From a virus (taxonomy: Duplodnaviria > Caudoviricetes): a stretch of 64,000 nucleotides of DNA. Numbering within the stretch: the stretch's first letter is position 1; each line of letters opens with the position of its first letter. The translations under genes and the position numbers were made by a program. The stretch spans positions 18,354 to 82,353 of IMG/VR virus record IMGVR_UViG_2932572697_000002, one strand, 5' to 3'. Below are positions 47,614 through 56,473 of the stretch, piece after piece. The notes under the pieces are model-generated. The model saw nothing but the letters and a program-made list of their open reading frames with translations, was not told where the DNA came from and did no database searches.

Positions 47614-48602
47614 CCGAGGATCGCTTTCTCCCAGAGGGGTGCCCGGCGGCTGATGGTGTGCTGGCGGGCTTGTGTGCGCCCGGACATGCCCATTTCGATG
47701 CGCATGTCGGGGTCGGCGGCGAGGGCGCGCAGGCAGGCCCCCCATTCGTGGTCGCGGCGCACGAGGTAGCCGGTGAGGCCGTCTTGGACGTAGTCCTCGT
47801 AGGGGCGGACGGCGGAGGTGACGATGGGGATGCCGAGGGCCCCGGCCTCGATGGCCTTGAGGGCGGACTTGGACTGATTGAAGACGTGCGGGCGGAGCGG
47901 GGCGATCCCGACGTGGTAGTCGATGGTTCGCAGGAACTCGTCGACGCTGGGCACCCACGGGGTGAACCGGGCCTGCTGCCGGGGGGCTCGCATCCAGGAG
48001 GCGTAGTCGTTGCCGATGATGTGGAGTTCGGTGCCCTGGTTGCGCTTGAGGAACTGGCGGAGTTGGTCGCCGACCTGGTCGAAGTCCATGTTGTGGGTTG
48101 CGCTGCCGCCCCAGCCGATGGTGAGGGTGCCGTCATCACGCTGCTGCGGCTGGTGGTCGATCAGCCAGTCGGGGACGGCATTGGGCACGATGTGCACGTT
48201 GGGGTTCCACTGGCGGACGATGTCGGCGAGCGGTTCGGTGGTGACGGTGACGGCGGCTGCGACTTCGATGTTCCGCTGAAGATTGGCCCGAATTTCGGGC
48301 CGGGCGAAGAACGCGTGCGCGGCGGGGCTGCTAGCGTCGATGTTCCAGAGGTCGTCGTCGATCTCGTAGATCAGCTTCCTGCCCTGCTTGGCGAGGGCCT
48401 GCCACATGGTGCTGGGGCCGGGGTTGCAGACCCGCTGCCCGACGATGACCGTGTTCGGGTTGTCGCGGACGGACTGTGGCATGCGGAGCCCGTGGCGGAC
48501 GGTGTACCCAAGCCCGACGAGGCCCTGCATCGGGAGCTGGACGCGGTAGTAGCCGCAGCCTGATTCGTCGGCCTGCCAGCCGAAGACGTCGAGGTCAGCC
48601 AT
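47610..48602 (-). CDS. Glycosyltransferase (GT-B, GT4-like)
   Basis: GCGYYR, YEIDDDLW, IGWGGSATH, FNQSKSALKAIEAGALGIP. Confidence 0.88.
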   Translation of the reverse strand: MADLDVFGWQADESGCGYYRVQLPMQGLVGLGYTVRHGLRMPQSVRDNPNTVIVGQRVCNPGPSTMWQALAKQGRKLIYEIDDDLWNIDASSPAAHAFFARPEIRANLQRNIEVAAAVTVTTEPLADIVRQWNPNVHIVPNAVPDWLIDHQPQQRDDGTLTIGWGGSATHNMDFDQVGDQLRQFLKRNQGTELHIIGNDYASWMRAPRQQARFTPWVPSVDEFLRTIDYHVGIAPLRPHVFNQSKSALKAIEAGALGIPIVTSAVRPYEDYVQDGLTGYLVRRDHEWGACLRALAADPDMRIEMGMSGRTQARQHTISRRAPLWEKAILG

Positions 48603-48879
48603 CGGAGGCCACCACGGAGCCGTCTGCGGGCGGTGGCGCAAGCGCATAGCGGTCGGGCTGTGAGGCCTCGCTGACGATGCGTGGTATCTGCCGGGCCAGA
48701 TCGATCACGGCCTGGAGTGCGGCATGAACATGCGGCTGCTCATCGGCCCTGCCGTGCAGGAGGTCGTCCACCGAGGTCGGGTCGGGGCATCCGATGCGGG
48801 CGCAGGTGACGTGCCCGCCCTCACCGAGGAAGAGGCTGCTGCCACCGCAGGCCAGGCAACGGCCCTGAACATCAGGCAT
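48595..48879 (-). CDS. Hypothetical Zn-binding protein (DUF6085-like)
   Basis: VQGRCLACG..SLFLGEGGHVTC..CPDP. Confidence 0.65.
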   Translation of the reverse strand: MPDVQGRCLACGGSSLFLGEGGHVTCARIGCPDPTSVDDLLHGRADEQPHVHAALQAVIDLARQIPRIVSEASQPDRYALAPPPADGSVVASDG

Positions 48880-49486
48880 CGGGGGCCTCCTCGGAATTGG
48901 GGCCGCGCCCACCCTGCGGTATCTGCTGAAGGGCGCGGATGCGCGCGAGGTTGGCCTCCGTGACTCCGAACGGCCGGAACCGGTCGCACGTCGCGCACTG
49001 CCCGTAGCTGCGACCGTTCAGCGCGGGCGATTCGCAGACGCATGTGGAATGAGCGCGGTCGACCGAAGAACAGTCGCGGTGGAAGAGCCCCTTCTCGCCC
49101 TGCCACCAGCGGGCGCGCGGCCCGTCCCACGAGTGGGAGACGTTGACGCAGTCGCCCTTGACGGAACGGCCACCGCACCAGGCGCAGCGGGTGAGGAGGC
49201 GGCGTCGCCACTGCTGGAGCGGATGCACCTGCAACCGCCAGTGGTGGACGTGGAAGCGCCACGAGCGGCCCGGGTAGATCGAGCACGTTGTGGAGTCGTA
49301 GCCGGATGGGTCCCGATGCCACACGGTGACCAGTGGCGGGAAGTAGAGGCCGCGCCCGGCGAACACCCAGAAGGCACCGTTGGCCTGCCAGCGTGTTCCG
49401 CTGCGGGCTGCCTGCTCGGTCTTCCAGGGTTCGGCCGTGGGCCACGGCCGACGGATCTCGAAGGCGACTGTCAGCGGATCCTTCAT
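48872..49486 (-). CDS. Hypothetical Cys/His/Trp-rich protein
   Basis: AGGAG RBS; multiple CxxC. Confidence 0.65.
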   Translation of the reverse strand: MKDPLTVAFEIRRPWPTAEPWKTEQAARSGTRWQANGAFWVFAGRGLYFPPLVTVWHRDPSGYDSTTCSIYPGRSWRFHVHHWRLQVHPLQQWRRRLLTRCAWCGGRSVKGDCVNVSHSWDGPRARWWQGEKGLFHRDCSSVDRAHSTCVCESPALNGRSYGQCATCDRFRPFGVTEANLARIRALQQIPQGGRGPNSEEAPDA

Positions 49487-49601
49487 GCGCGCTCCTGTGC
49501 GGGGTGCGGGTGGGTGCGGGTTGCTGTGGCGGGGCCACGGACCCGCACGGCCGAAGCCCCGCCACCGGATCCGAGCCAGGACCCTAACCCAGAGAGTACC
49601 T

Positions 49602-49656
49602 GTTACCTGCGATTCGTAGGTTAAATGCAAGCTTGTGGCTACGATTTGAAGGTAAC
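49602..49656. promoter_or_regulatory. Paired late-gene palindromes between divergent glycan and lysis operons
   Basis: ACCTGCGATTCGTAGGT (49605) and GGCTACGATTTGAAGGT (49637). Confidence 0.7.
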
Positions 49657-49676
49657 GGCTTTCGAGGGAGACCCGC

Positions 49677-50633
49677 ATGGCCACACCACTAACCGCCGAC
49701 CGACTGCTCAAGGCCCTGCGCGACGAAGGCCTCACCGTCATCGAGCACCGCAGCTGGCGTACCAACAACCGAAACCACAAGGGGCCTTGGGGTCCGGCGC
49801 ACGGCGTGATGATCCACCACACCGTGACGTCGGGGACCGCGTCGTCGGTGGAGCTCTGCTACAACGGTCACTCCGCCCTCCCCGGCCCCCTCTGCCACGG
49901 CGTCATCGACAAGGCCGGAGTCGTCCACCTTGTCGGCAACGGGCGCACCAACCACGCCGGACTCGGCGACGCAGACGTCCTCCGCGCCGTCGCCGCCGAA
50001 GCCAAGACCCTCCCGCCCGACAACGAGGCCAACACCGACGGCAACCGGCACTTCTACGGCTTCGAGTGCGTCAACCTCGGCAACGGGCAGGACCCCTGGC
50101 CCGCCGCCCAGCTGCTCGCGATCGAGCGGGCCGCCGCCGCACTGTGCCGGGCACACGGCTGGTCGGAGCACTCCGTCATCGGGCACCTGGAATGGCAGCC
50201 CGGCAAGATCGACCCGCGCGGCTTCACCATGGCGTCCATGCGCGACCGGATCGGAAAGTGCCTCACCCCGGACCCGGCGCCCACCAAACCGCCCGCCACG
50301 AAGCCCCCCGCCTCGACGATGCCGAACCCGCCGAAGGCGCCGGTCGTCGACCTCTCCAAGCTCATCGCCGCCGCCCGCTCCAACCCCAAGGCCAAGGGCA
50401 CGCCCGTCACCTACACCGGGGTCCGCATCGTCGAAGCCGCCCTCGTCGACGCCGGCTACCTCGCCAAGCCGCTCCTCGACGGGCACTTCGGCACGGCCAC
50501 CGTCACCGCCTACTCCCGCTGGCAGAAGTCCAAGGCCGGCGGCGGCTACACGGGGAAGGCCGCCGACGGCATCCCCGGCAAGGACTCCCTCACCCGACTC
50601 GGCAAACGCGCCGGGTTCACCGTCACCCCCTGA
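49677..50633 (+). CDS. Endolysin: N-acetylmuramoyl-L-alanine amidase + peptidoglycan-binding domain
   Basis: IHHT, LCH, NHAG, GFE, VIGH.EW..KIDP; DG.FG..T..AY..WQ. Confidence 0.92.
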   Translation: MATPLTADRLLKALRDEGLTVIEHRSWRTNNRNHKGPWGPAHGVMIHHTVTSGTASSVELCYNGHSALPGPLCHGVIDKAGVVHLVGNGRTNHAGLGDADVLRAVAAEAKTLPPDNEANTDGNRHFYGFECVNLGNGQDPWPAAQLLAIERAAAALCRAHGWSEHSVIGHLEWQPGKIDPRGFTMASMRDRIGKCLTPDPAPTKPPATKPPASTMPNPPKAPVVDLSKLIAAARSNPKAKGTPVTYTGVRIVEAALVDAGYLAKPLLDGHFGTATVTAYSRWQKSKAGGGYTGKAADGIPGKDSLTRLGKRAGFTVTP

Positions 50634-50653
50634 CCACCAGAAACGAGACCACC

Positions 50654-51025
50654 ATGAAGCTGTTCGGCCGCGAGCCCGTCGTCATCCTCGGCGCGATCGC
50701 CGTGCTCCTCAAGCTCCTCGCCGGCTACGGCATCCAGGTGTCCGAGACGCAGCAGACCCTCGTCAACACGTTCCTTGCCTGCGCCGTCGCCGTCGCCTCC
50801 GCCGTCATCCTCAAGAACGGCGCCCTCTACGCCGCCCTCCTCCAGGCCGCCTCCGCAGGTCTCGCCCTCTTCGCCGGCTTCGGCCTCGACATGACCGTCG
50901 AGCAGCAGGCCGGGTGGATGGCGTTCGTGTCCGCGGTCCTCGTCGTCATCGAGCGGCCCGCCGTCGAAGCCCCCGTACCGACCACCCGCGTCGAGCAGGT
51001 CAGCCCCGTCAAGAACACCGCCTGA
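50654..51025 (+). CDS. Holin-like membrane protein
   Basis: FGREP start, 4 TM; after endolysin. Confidence 0.75.
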   Translation: MKLFGREPVVILGAIAVLLKLLAGYGIQVSETQQTLVNTFLACAVAVASAVILKNGALYAALLQAASAGLALFAGFGLDMTVEQQAGWMAFVSAVLVVIERPAVEAPVPTTRVEQVSPVKNTA

Positions 51026-51063
51026 CCAACCGTGCACAGAACCACCAAGGAGGACGGCGACCA

Positions 51064-51357
51064 ATGACAGCCGAGCTGTTCGGAGTCAACGTCGCAGAAG
51101 GCGGCGCCGTCGCACTCCTCGCCATCGTCGTCCTCATGGTCCTCACCGGCCGCCTCGTACCGAGACGCACTTACGACGACCTCAAAGAGGACCGCAACGA
51201 CTGGCGCACCGCCCACAGCAAAGTTGCAGGAGCGCTCGATGAAGCGGTCCGCCAGAACGGTGAGCTCACCGAACTCTCCCGCACCGGCGTTCATCTCCTG
51301 GACTCCCTGCCCCGAGGGGAGGTGACAGCCGATGGCGATCAAACTGTGGCGCCGTAA
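51064..51357 (+). CDS. Lysis-module membrane protein (1 TM + coiled coil)
   Basis: GRLVPRRT motif; AAGGAGG RBS. Confidence 0.7.
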   Translation: MTAELFGVNVAEGGAVALLAIVVLMVLTGRLVPRRTYDDLKEDRNDWRTAHSKVAGALDEAVRQNGELTELSRTGVHLLDSLPRGEVTADGDQTVAP

Positions 51358-51535
51358 GAAGAAGGGCAAGCCCACCGCCGCGAAGGCCGCGATCGAGCGA
51401 GCAGACCGGGTCAACAACGAGCTGGAGCAGAAGCGCCCGGAGGGGAGCCACCTCAGCGCCCGCCTCCGGGCGCTCCGGCACGACAACCACTTCGAAGCGA
51501 AGATCAGAGCAGTCATGGAAGGAGGCGGCCAGTGA
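51332..51535 (+). CDS. Small lysis-module protein
   Basis: L..LR..NHF motif; GGAGG RBS. Confidence 0.65.
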   Translation: MAIKLWRRKKKGKPTAAKAAIERADRVNNELEQKRPEGSHLSARLRALRHDNHFEAKIRAVMEGGGQ

Positions 51536-51837
51536 TGGGCACCTGGGACAGGCTCTTGAACGTCATCACCTCGGCCATCACCGCCACTACGGGCCTGACG
51601 TTCATGGTCACCTATCACCTCCTCGCTCCCTGGTGGCGGTCCGAGACCGGGCGCCACCTCATGGGCTTCGGAGCTGCCGTCACCGCGCTCAGCGCGTACA
51701 CCGTTGCGATCACGGCCTGGCCCGAGTTCTGGCCGCTCCGCCTCGTGCGGACGATCGTCGTCCTCGCCATCGCCGCCCTGTTTATCCAGCGGACCGTCAT
51801 GGTCATCCGCGCCCAACGCCACAAGGAGACGGACTGA
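51532..51837 (+). CDS. Putative holin (3 TM)
   Basis: PWWRSETGRHLM; 3 hydrophobic helices. Confidence 0.7.
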   Translation: MMGTWDRLLNVITSAITATTGLTFMVTYHLLAPWWRSETGRHLMGFGAAVTALSAYTVAITAWPEFWPLRLVRTIVVLAIAALFIQRTVMVIRAQRHKETD

Positions 51838-53963
51838 TGGCCTTCCCCGACGGCCTGCCCACCACCCTGGTCAGCTACGAGGCGGCGAGCCCGGTCGGCG
51901 GTGGCCCGGCGCAGGGGACGGTCACTTTCGAGCTGACCGTGGACGCCATCTCCCTGACCGACAGCGGCATCGTCTACACCGGCAGCGGCACCTACTCCTT
52001 CAACGGAGACGGGCAGCTCGTCGACGACGCGGGCACCCCAGGCGTCCGGCTCATCCCGAACGACCTGCCCTACGCCAACCCGCAGAACTCCCGGTGGCTC
52101 GTCACCGACCGCATCGCCGGGGCACCGGTCCGCTCCTACTACATCAGCCTCTCCGTCGACCAGCCCGAAGCGGACCTCGGCAAGATCCAGCAGATGGACG
52201 CCGGACAGCCCGAGTACACCGCGGTCATTGGCCCCAAGGGCCTCTCCGCCTACGAGCAGTGGCTGGCCGAGGGCAACACCGGCACCGAGGATGACTTCCT
52301 CGCCAGCCTGGTCGGCCCGCCCGGTTCCGAAGCGAACGCCCAGGCGTATACGGACGATGCCCTCAGCACCGAGATCGCACGGGCCAATGCGGCCTACGAT
52401 CCCGCTGGTGCCGCCACGGCAGCCCGTATCGCCGCCATCAGCACCGCAGCGAGCGACGCCACCAGCAAGGCCAACAACGCCCAATCTGCGGCGATCACCG
52501 CAGCAAGCTCCGACGCCACGACGAAGGCCAACGCCGCGCAGACCGGCGCCGTCAGTGCGGCTGCCACCTCTGCCTCCACTCTGTACCTGCCGAACGCCAT
52601 CCAGACCGTCGACGCCTACCTCGCCGGCGCCACCCCGTCGTCCCCACGGTTCTTCGGCCACCGCGGCGGCGGCATGGTCCGCCCCGAGCACACCCTGGTC
52701 GGCTACCGGGCGTGCGCCGCCATGGGGTTCGCCCTCGAAGTGAGCGCCAACGTGGACGCGTCCGGCGAGCTGTGGTGCCTCCACGACACCACCCTGGACC
52801 GCACCACCTACCAGACGGGGAACCTCAACACCTACACGACCGAGGAGGTCAGCCAGGCCGTCCTCACCAACGGGCGGACCCTCCTCGGCCCCGGGTGGAC
52901 CGATCAACGGATGGTGCCCCTGCGGCAGGTACTCGACGAGTTCCTCGGGAAGATCCCCATCCTGCTGGAGCCCAAGGGCAACGACGCCGTCGTACCGACC
53001 CAGACGCTCCTCGACACGTACTACCCGCACGCCCCCAGGTCTGTGATCTGGAAAGCCCACATCGGCACCCTGTCCCTGCCGTGGGCGAAGGCCCGCGGCT
53101 ACCGGACGTGGGTGTACCTCGACTCCAACACCACCGACGCCACCATGGACGGCAAGGACGCCATGGTCGACTACTGGGGCGTCTCCACCACCTTCACCGA
53201 CCTGCGGATCACCCAGGTGAAGGACCGCGGCAAGCCCGTCTTTGCCTGGCCCGTCTACCGGCGCAGTCAGGTCGCCCGGCTCACCGGGCTGGGTGTCGTC
53301 GGCATGATGTCGTCCGACCCCCGGTACGTGTCCACCAGCACCCCTCAGCGCACGTTCAGCCGCTGGGGGCTCGCCGTCAAGGAATCCGGCGGCACCCCCA
53401 CTCTGGACTACGACACCGCCTACGCCCTCGTTCTCGGGGAAGGTGCAGACGCCGGGTGGGTCAGCATCAACGCCCTCCCGAACCAGTCCTACGGGCTCGG
53501 CACCTACTCGCCGATCGTGGGGTCCGCGGCCGGCTACCGGATCGCGTTCGACGTGAAGTACAAGGTGCTGCCCGGGGCGACAATCCATGGTGGCTACTAC
53601 TTCGGCAAGGCATCGGACGACGCCTACCGGTTCGGCACGGCGAACTCCACCGGCGGGTACCACGTGGTGATGCGGGCCTCCGGGGACATGCAGCTGTACC
53701 GGCACACGGCCGGGGTCACGTCCGGCACGCAGATCGGATCGACCATCGCTACTGCGGCGCCTGTCGCGGACACGGCCATGTCGTTCCAGATCGACGTTAC
53801 CCCGACCACGGTCGAGCTCCGCCGCACCGACAGCACCGGGTGGACCACCGGGCCGATCGCGGACACCACCTACCGGGGCGGATACCACGGGCTGTCCAAC
53901 GGGTCGATCACCGACCTCGCCACCCGCCCCTACTGGCGGACCCTGATCATCACCCAGCTCTGA
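51837..53963 (+). CDS. Tail-spike-like protein with glycerophosphodiester phosphodiesterase (GDPD) domain
   Basis: N-terminal virion-anchor-like region, GLSAYE.W..GN.GTE.DFL.SL motif, GHRGGG..PEHT, HD.TLDRTT, EPK, SDP. Confidence 0.85.
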   Translation: MAFPDGLPTTLVSYEAASPVGGGPAQGTVTFELTVDAISLTDSGIVYTGSGTYSFNGDGQLVDDAGTPGVRLIPNDLPYANPQNSRWLVTDRIAGAPVRSYYISLSVDQPEADLGKIQQMDAGQPEYTAVIGPKGLSAYEQWLAEGNTGTEDDFLASLVGPPGSEANAQAYTDDALSTEIARANAAYDPAGAATAARIAAISTAASDATSKANNAQSAAITAASSDATTKANAAQTGAVSAAATSASTLYLPNAIQTVDAYLAGATPSSPRFFGHRGGGMVRPEHTLVGYRACAAMGFALEVSANVDASGELWCLHDTTLDRTTYQTGNLNTYTTEEVSQAVLTNGRTLLGPGWTDQRMVPLRQVLDEFLGKIPILLEPKGNDAVVPTQTLLDTYYPHAPRSVIWKAHIGTLSLPWAKARGYRTWVYLDSNTTDATMDGKDAMVDYWGVSTTFTDLRITQVKDRGKPVFAWPVYRRSQVARLTGLGVVGMMSSDPRYVSTSTPQRTFSRWGLAVKESGGTPTLDYDTAYALVLGEGADAGWVSINALPNQSYGLGTYSPIVGSAAGYRIAFDVKYKVLPGATIHGGYYFGKASDDAYRFGTANSTGGYHVVMRASGDMQLYRHTAGVTSGTQIGSTIATAAPVADTAMSFQIDVTPTTVELRRTDSTGWTTGPIADTTYRGGYHGLSNGSITDLATRPYWRTLIITQL

Positions 53964-53972
53964 CAGAGACGA

Positions 53973-54009
53973 CTGTGCCCCCGGAGTCTTTGAGACTCCG
54001 GGGGCACAG
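53973..54009. terminator. Strong hairpin between convergent genes
   Basis: CTGTGCCCCCGGAGTCT-TTG-AGACTCCGGGGGCACAG. Confidence 0.8.
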
Positions 54010-54023
54010 AAACGCCGAACGGT

Positions 54024-54620
54024 TCAGCTCACGTTGCCGCGAACACTGTCCCCGATGAGCCCGTCCGTGTACGTCACGTACTTGGCGTCGAACTTGCCCT
54101 TGCCGGTAATGGTCCCGGTGACGTTCTCGCCGGGGGTGAGGGTGACCGTGTCGAGCTGGTCTTCGTCGACGCCGAGTTCGGCGGTGTGCTTGCTGCCGCC
54201 GGTGTCGGTGATGGTGACGTACAGCGGGTTGATGTCGAGGTCGTTCTTGCTGTTGTTCGTGATGGTGACCTGGACGCTGGTGTAGTCGTCGCCGTCGGCG
54301 AGGATGCTCTTCTTGAAGTCGACCTGCTTGGCGGTGACGGTCACGGGAGCCTTCTTGGCCGGCTCGTCCTTCTCTTCCTGCTTCGGCTCGTCCTTCTTGG
54401 TGTCGCCCTGGGTGGCGGCCGGCGGGGTGGTGGACGATTCGTTGCCGTCGTCTCCGCCGCTGGCGACTGCGGCGATGATGCCGATGAGGATGAACAGGCC
54501 GACGATGCCGAGGCACCCGAATCCAATGATCTTCCCGGTCTTCTTCTTCGGTGCCGGGGGCGGCTGCTGGCCCCATCCGGGCTGCTGCGGTTGGCCGGGC
54601 TGAGGCTGCTGGTACGACAT
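54024..54620 (-). CDS. Membrane-anchored DUF4352-like Ig-fold protein
   Basis: QP-rich N-terminus, KKK+TM, V.VTITN.S..L.PGE. Confidence 0.8.
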   Translation of the reverse strand: MSYQQPQPGQPQQPGWGQQPPPAPKKKTGKIIGFGCLGIVGLFILIGIIAAVASGGDDGNESSTTPPAATQGDTKKDEPKQEEKDEPAKKAPVTVTAKQVDFKKSILADGDDYTSVQVTITNNSKNDLDINPLYVTITDTGGSKHTAELGVDEDQLDTVTLTPGENVTGTITGKGKFDAKYVTYTDGLIGDSVRGNVS

Positions 54621-54742
54621 GCGTCCCCCTACGTGCGGTTCGTGGAGGCATGAACGTAACGGCACGGATGCACCCCGTGGTGCCACATGTTCCGGTGGTG
54701 ACGGAGTTGTGACCAAACAGCGGGGGAGAGGTAGACGCGCCT

Positions 54743-54772
54743 GCGCCCCGCTCTCATCCGAGGGCGGGGCGC
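54743..54772. terminator. Hairpin terminator
   Basis: GCGCCCCGCTCTC-ATCC-GAGGGCGGGGCGC. Confidence 0.65.
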
Positions 54773-54790
54773 TTCTCCGTCTCTCGGAGG

Positions 54791-55576
54791 CTAGGCGTCG
54801 CGTTTTGCGATGGTGAGCTTCTCCTTGGCGGACATGTAGACGGGGAAGTCAGTGGCCTTGTTGATGTGGGTGTCGACGGCCCCGGACGGGGCCTTGACCT
54901 GCGCGACCGTTTCCACGGTGACGGCACTGCCGGTGTCGAGGCAGATGGTGTCGCCCACGCGAAGATCGGCGGCGGCGATCTGTTCGGTGGCGAGGCGGGG
55001 CTGCTCGCCCACGGTGTGCGGTCGGGGCCGGAACGAGTGGATGCTCGCGCCAGCTGCGGTACGGGCGCGCCGGGCGGCGGCTTCCCGACTGACCGGAAGA
55101 CCCCTGTTGTCGGAGATCAGAGGCCCGGCATCCCGGCCAGCCGCAGCTTCGCCGACCAACTGGGCTGTGCGGTCGCTGATGGGGATACGACGGGGGTCGG
55201 TCTCCAACTTCGGGTGGTCGACGTCGACGACACCCTCATCGAGGTCCACGTCGCGGACATCCAGGGACAGGACGTGGCCAAGACGTAGGCGCTCGTTGGC
55301 CATCAGGGCCCACATGGCCCGGTGGGCTACGGGGATGCTGTCGTCGGCGAGGAGTCGGTCGACCTGCTCGGCGGGCATGACTTCTGCGGTGAGGTCGTTG
55401 CGGGCGCCGCGACCAGGCCGACTGTTGTAGGCGGCGTCGGCGGCGTCCTCGTCGTAGAGCTTGGCCCCGGTGTCGACGTCGCGGTCGACGGCGTCGACGT
55501 CGGCGAGGATGCGGCGGGCGGTGGCGTCGCGAAGGCCCCAGCGGGCGGCGGCTTGGCGGGCGGTGATGTTCGGCAT
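54791..55576 (-). CDS. HTH-like region fused to truncated tyrosine-recombinase catalytic domain
   Basis: LRLGHVLSLDVRDVDL..K..IPIS..IHSFR, but no recognisable box II His/Tyr. Confidence 0.7.
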   Translation of the reverse strand: MPNITARQAAARWGLRDATARRILADVDAVDRDVDTGAKLYDEDAADAAYNSRPGRGARNDLTAEVMPAEQVDRLLADDSIPVAHRAMWALMANERLRLGHVLSLDVRDVDLDEGVVDVDHPKLETDPRRIPISDRTAQLVGEAAAGRDAGPLISDNRGLPVSREAAARRARTAAGASIHSFRPRPHTVGEQPRLATEQIAAADLRVGDTICLDTGSAVTVETVAQVKAPSGAVDTHINKATDFPVYMSAKEKLTIAKRDA

Positions 55577-55665
55577 GGGGTCCCCCTGGGTTTGTCGATA
55601 CACCTAGACTTGCGCACGGGATGTGCATAAGTCAAGGCTTCACCTCTCAGGGTTGACTCGACTCT

Positions 55666-55704
55666 CGATAACATGCCATATCGCGGGCGCAAAAACGGTA
55701 TAAT
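55666..55704 (+). promoter_or_regulatory. Leaderless promoter (TATAAT) with upstream lox-like palindrome
   Basis: CGATAA-CATGCC-ATATCG at 55666; TATAAT 55699-55704, ATG 55710. Confidence 0.55.
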
Positions 55705-55709
55705 TAGCC

Positions 55710-56225
55710 ATGGCTGAACGCACTGTTGAAAACCGCTTGCGTGCCGAGCTGAGACTCGCTCGACAGCACGCCCACACCGTCGACGCGGAACGCGCCGACC
55801 TCGAAGCGCAACTCCTCCGAGCCCGAGCCGAAACGCTTGCCGCCCAAGCGAGTGCGGCGCGGACGAACGCCGCAGCAGCCGCGAGGACTGCTGCGCTGCG
55901 ACACCTCGAAGACGTCTGGCGCCATTGGTTCGTAGACGCGCACGCCGGTACGCCTCACCGCGACTTCATCCTCGGCGTAGGTGCCGACATCAAGGACGTC
56001 ATAGAGGGGGCGACCAACGCGGGCGAGCCCAACGCCGAGGACTCGGCCTGGGGAACGGTTTGGCTTCACGGCAAGTGGCAGTGGATCACGAAGAACATGT
56101 CGACAACAGAGCGGGAGCTCGCAGCCGACGCCGTGGCCCGCTGGTCCGCCGCTCTCAACGCTGACGACGAGAACCTAGAAGCAGGGGAGCCCGAGGGGCT
56201 GCGCTGGTGGAGGGAGGACGCATGA
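55710..56225 (+). CDS. Hypothetical protein
   Basis: Coiled-coil N-terminus; Trp-rich C-terminus. Confidence 0.7.
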   Translation: MAERTVENRLRAELRLARQHAHTVDAERADLEAQLLRARAETLAAQASAARTNAAAAARTAALRHLEDVWRHWFVDAHAGTPHRDFILGVGADIKDVIEGATNAGEPNAEDSAWGTVWLHGKWQWITKNMSTTERELAADAVARWSAALNADDENLEAGEPEGLRWWREDA

Positions 56226-56473
56226 AGGTGAAGCGAATCGATCTGGACGACGAAGAGATGCCGGAGCGCGTGCTCGTGGAGCTCTCTCATGACGAAGCCG
56301 TCTACCTGGCTCTGCTGCTCGGCCATCAAAACGGCAACGACATGAACGGAGTCACGCCCGGCGGGTCGCGCCTTGGCGGCGCGGTCTACGAGGGGCTGTC
56401 GGGCGGCCTCTTCAATCGGTTCTATGAGGACGGCGTTGACGGAGCAGCCGCTGCGATGCGAGCGCGCCCGTGA
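56222..56473 (+). CDS. Hypothetical protein
   Basis: ATGA coupling, GGAGG RBS. Confidence 0.7.
   Translation: MKVKRIDLDDEEMPERVLVELSHDEAVYLALLLGHQNGNDMNGVTPGGSRLGGAVYEGLSGGLFNRFYEDGVDGAAAAMRARP

Noticed and set aside
51615-53888. Long antisense or alternate-frame ORFs (also 12842-14350, 23701-25086, 46166-47653 and others)
   Set aside because: Shadow ORFs caused by high GC3 of the real genes; no motifs or RBS
54791-55576. Functional prophage integrase
   Set aside because: Lacks a core-binding domain and the C-terminal catalytic Tyr region
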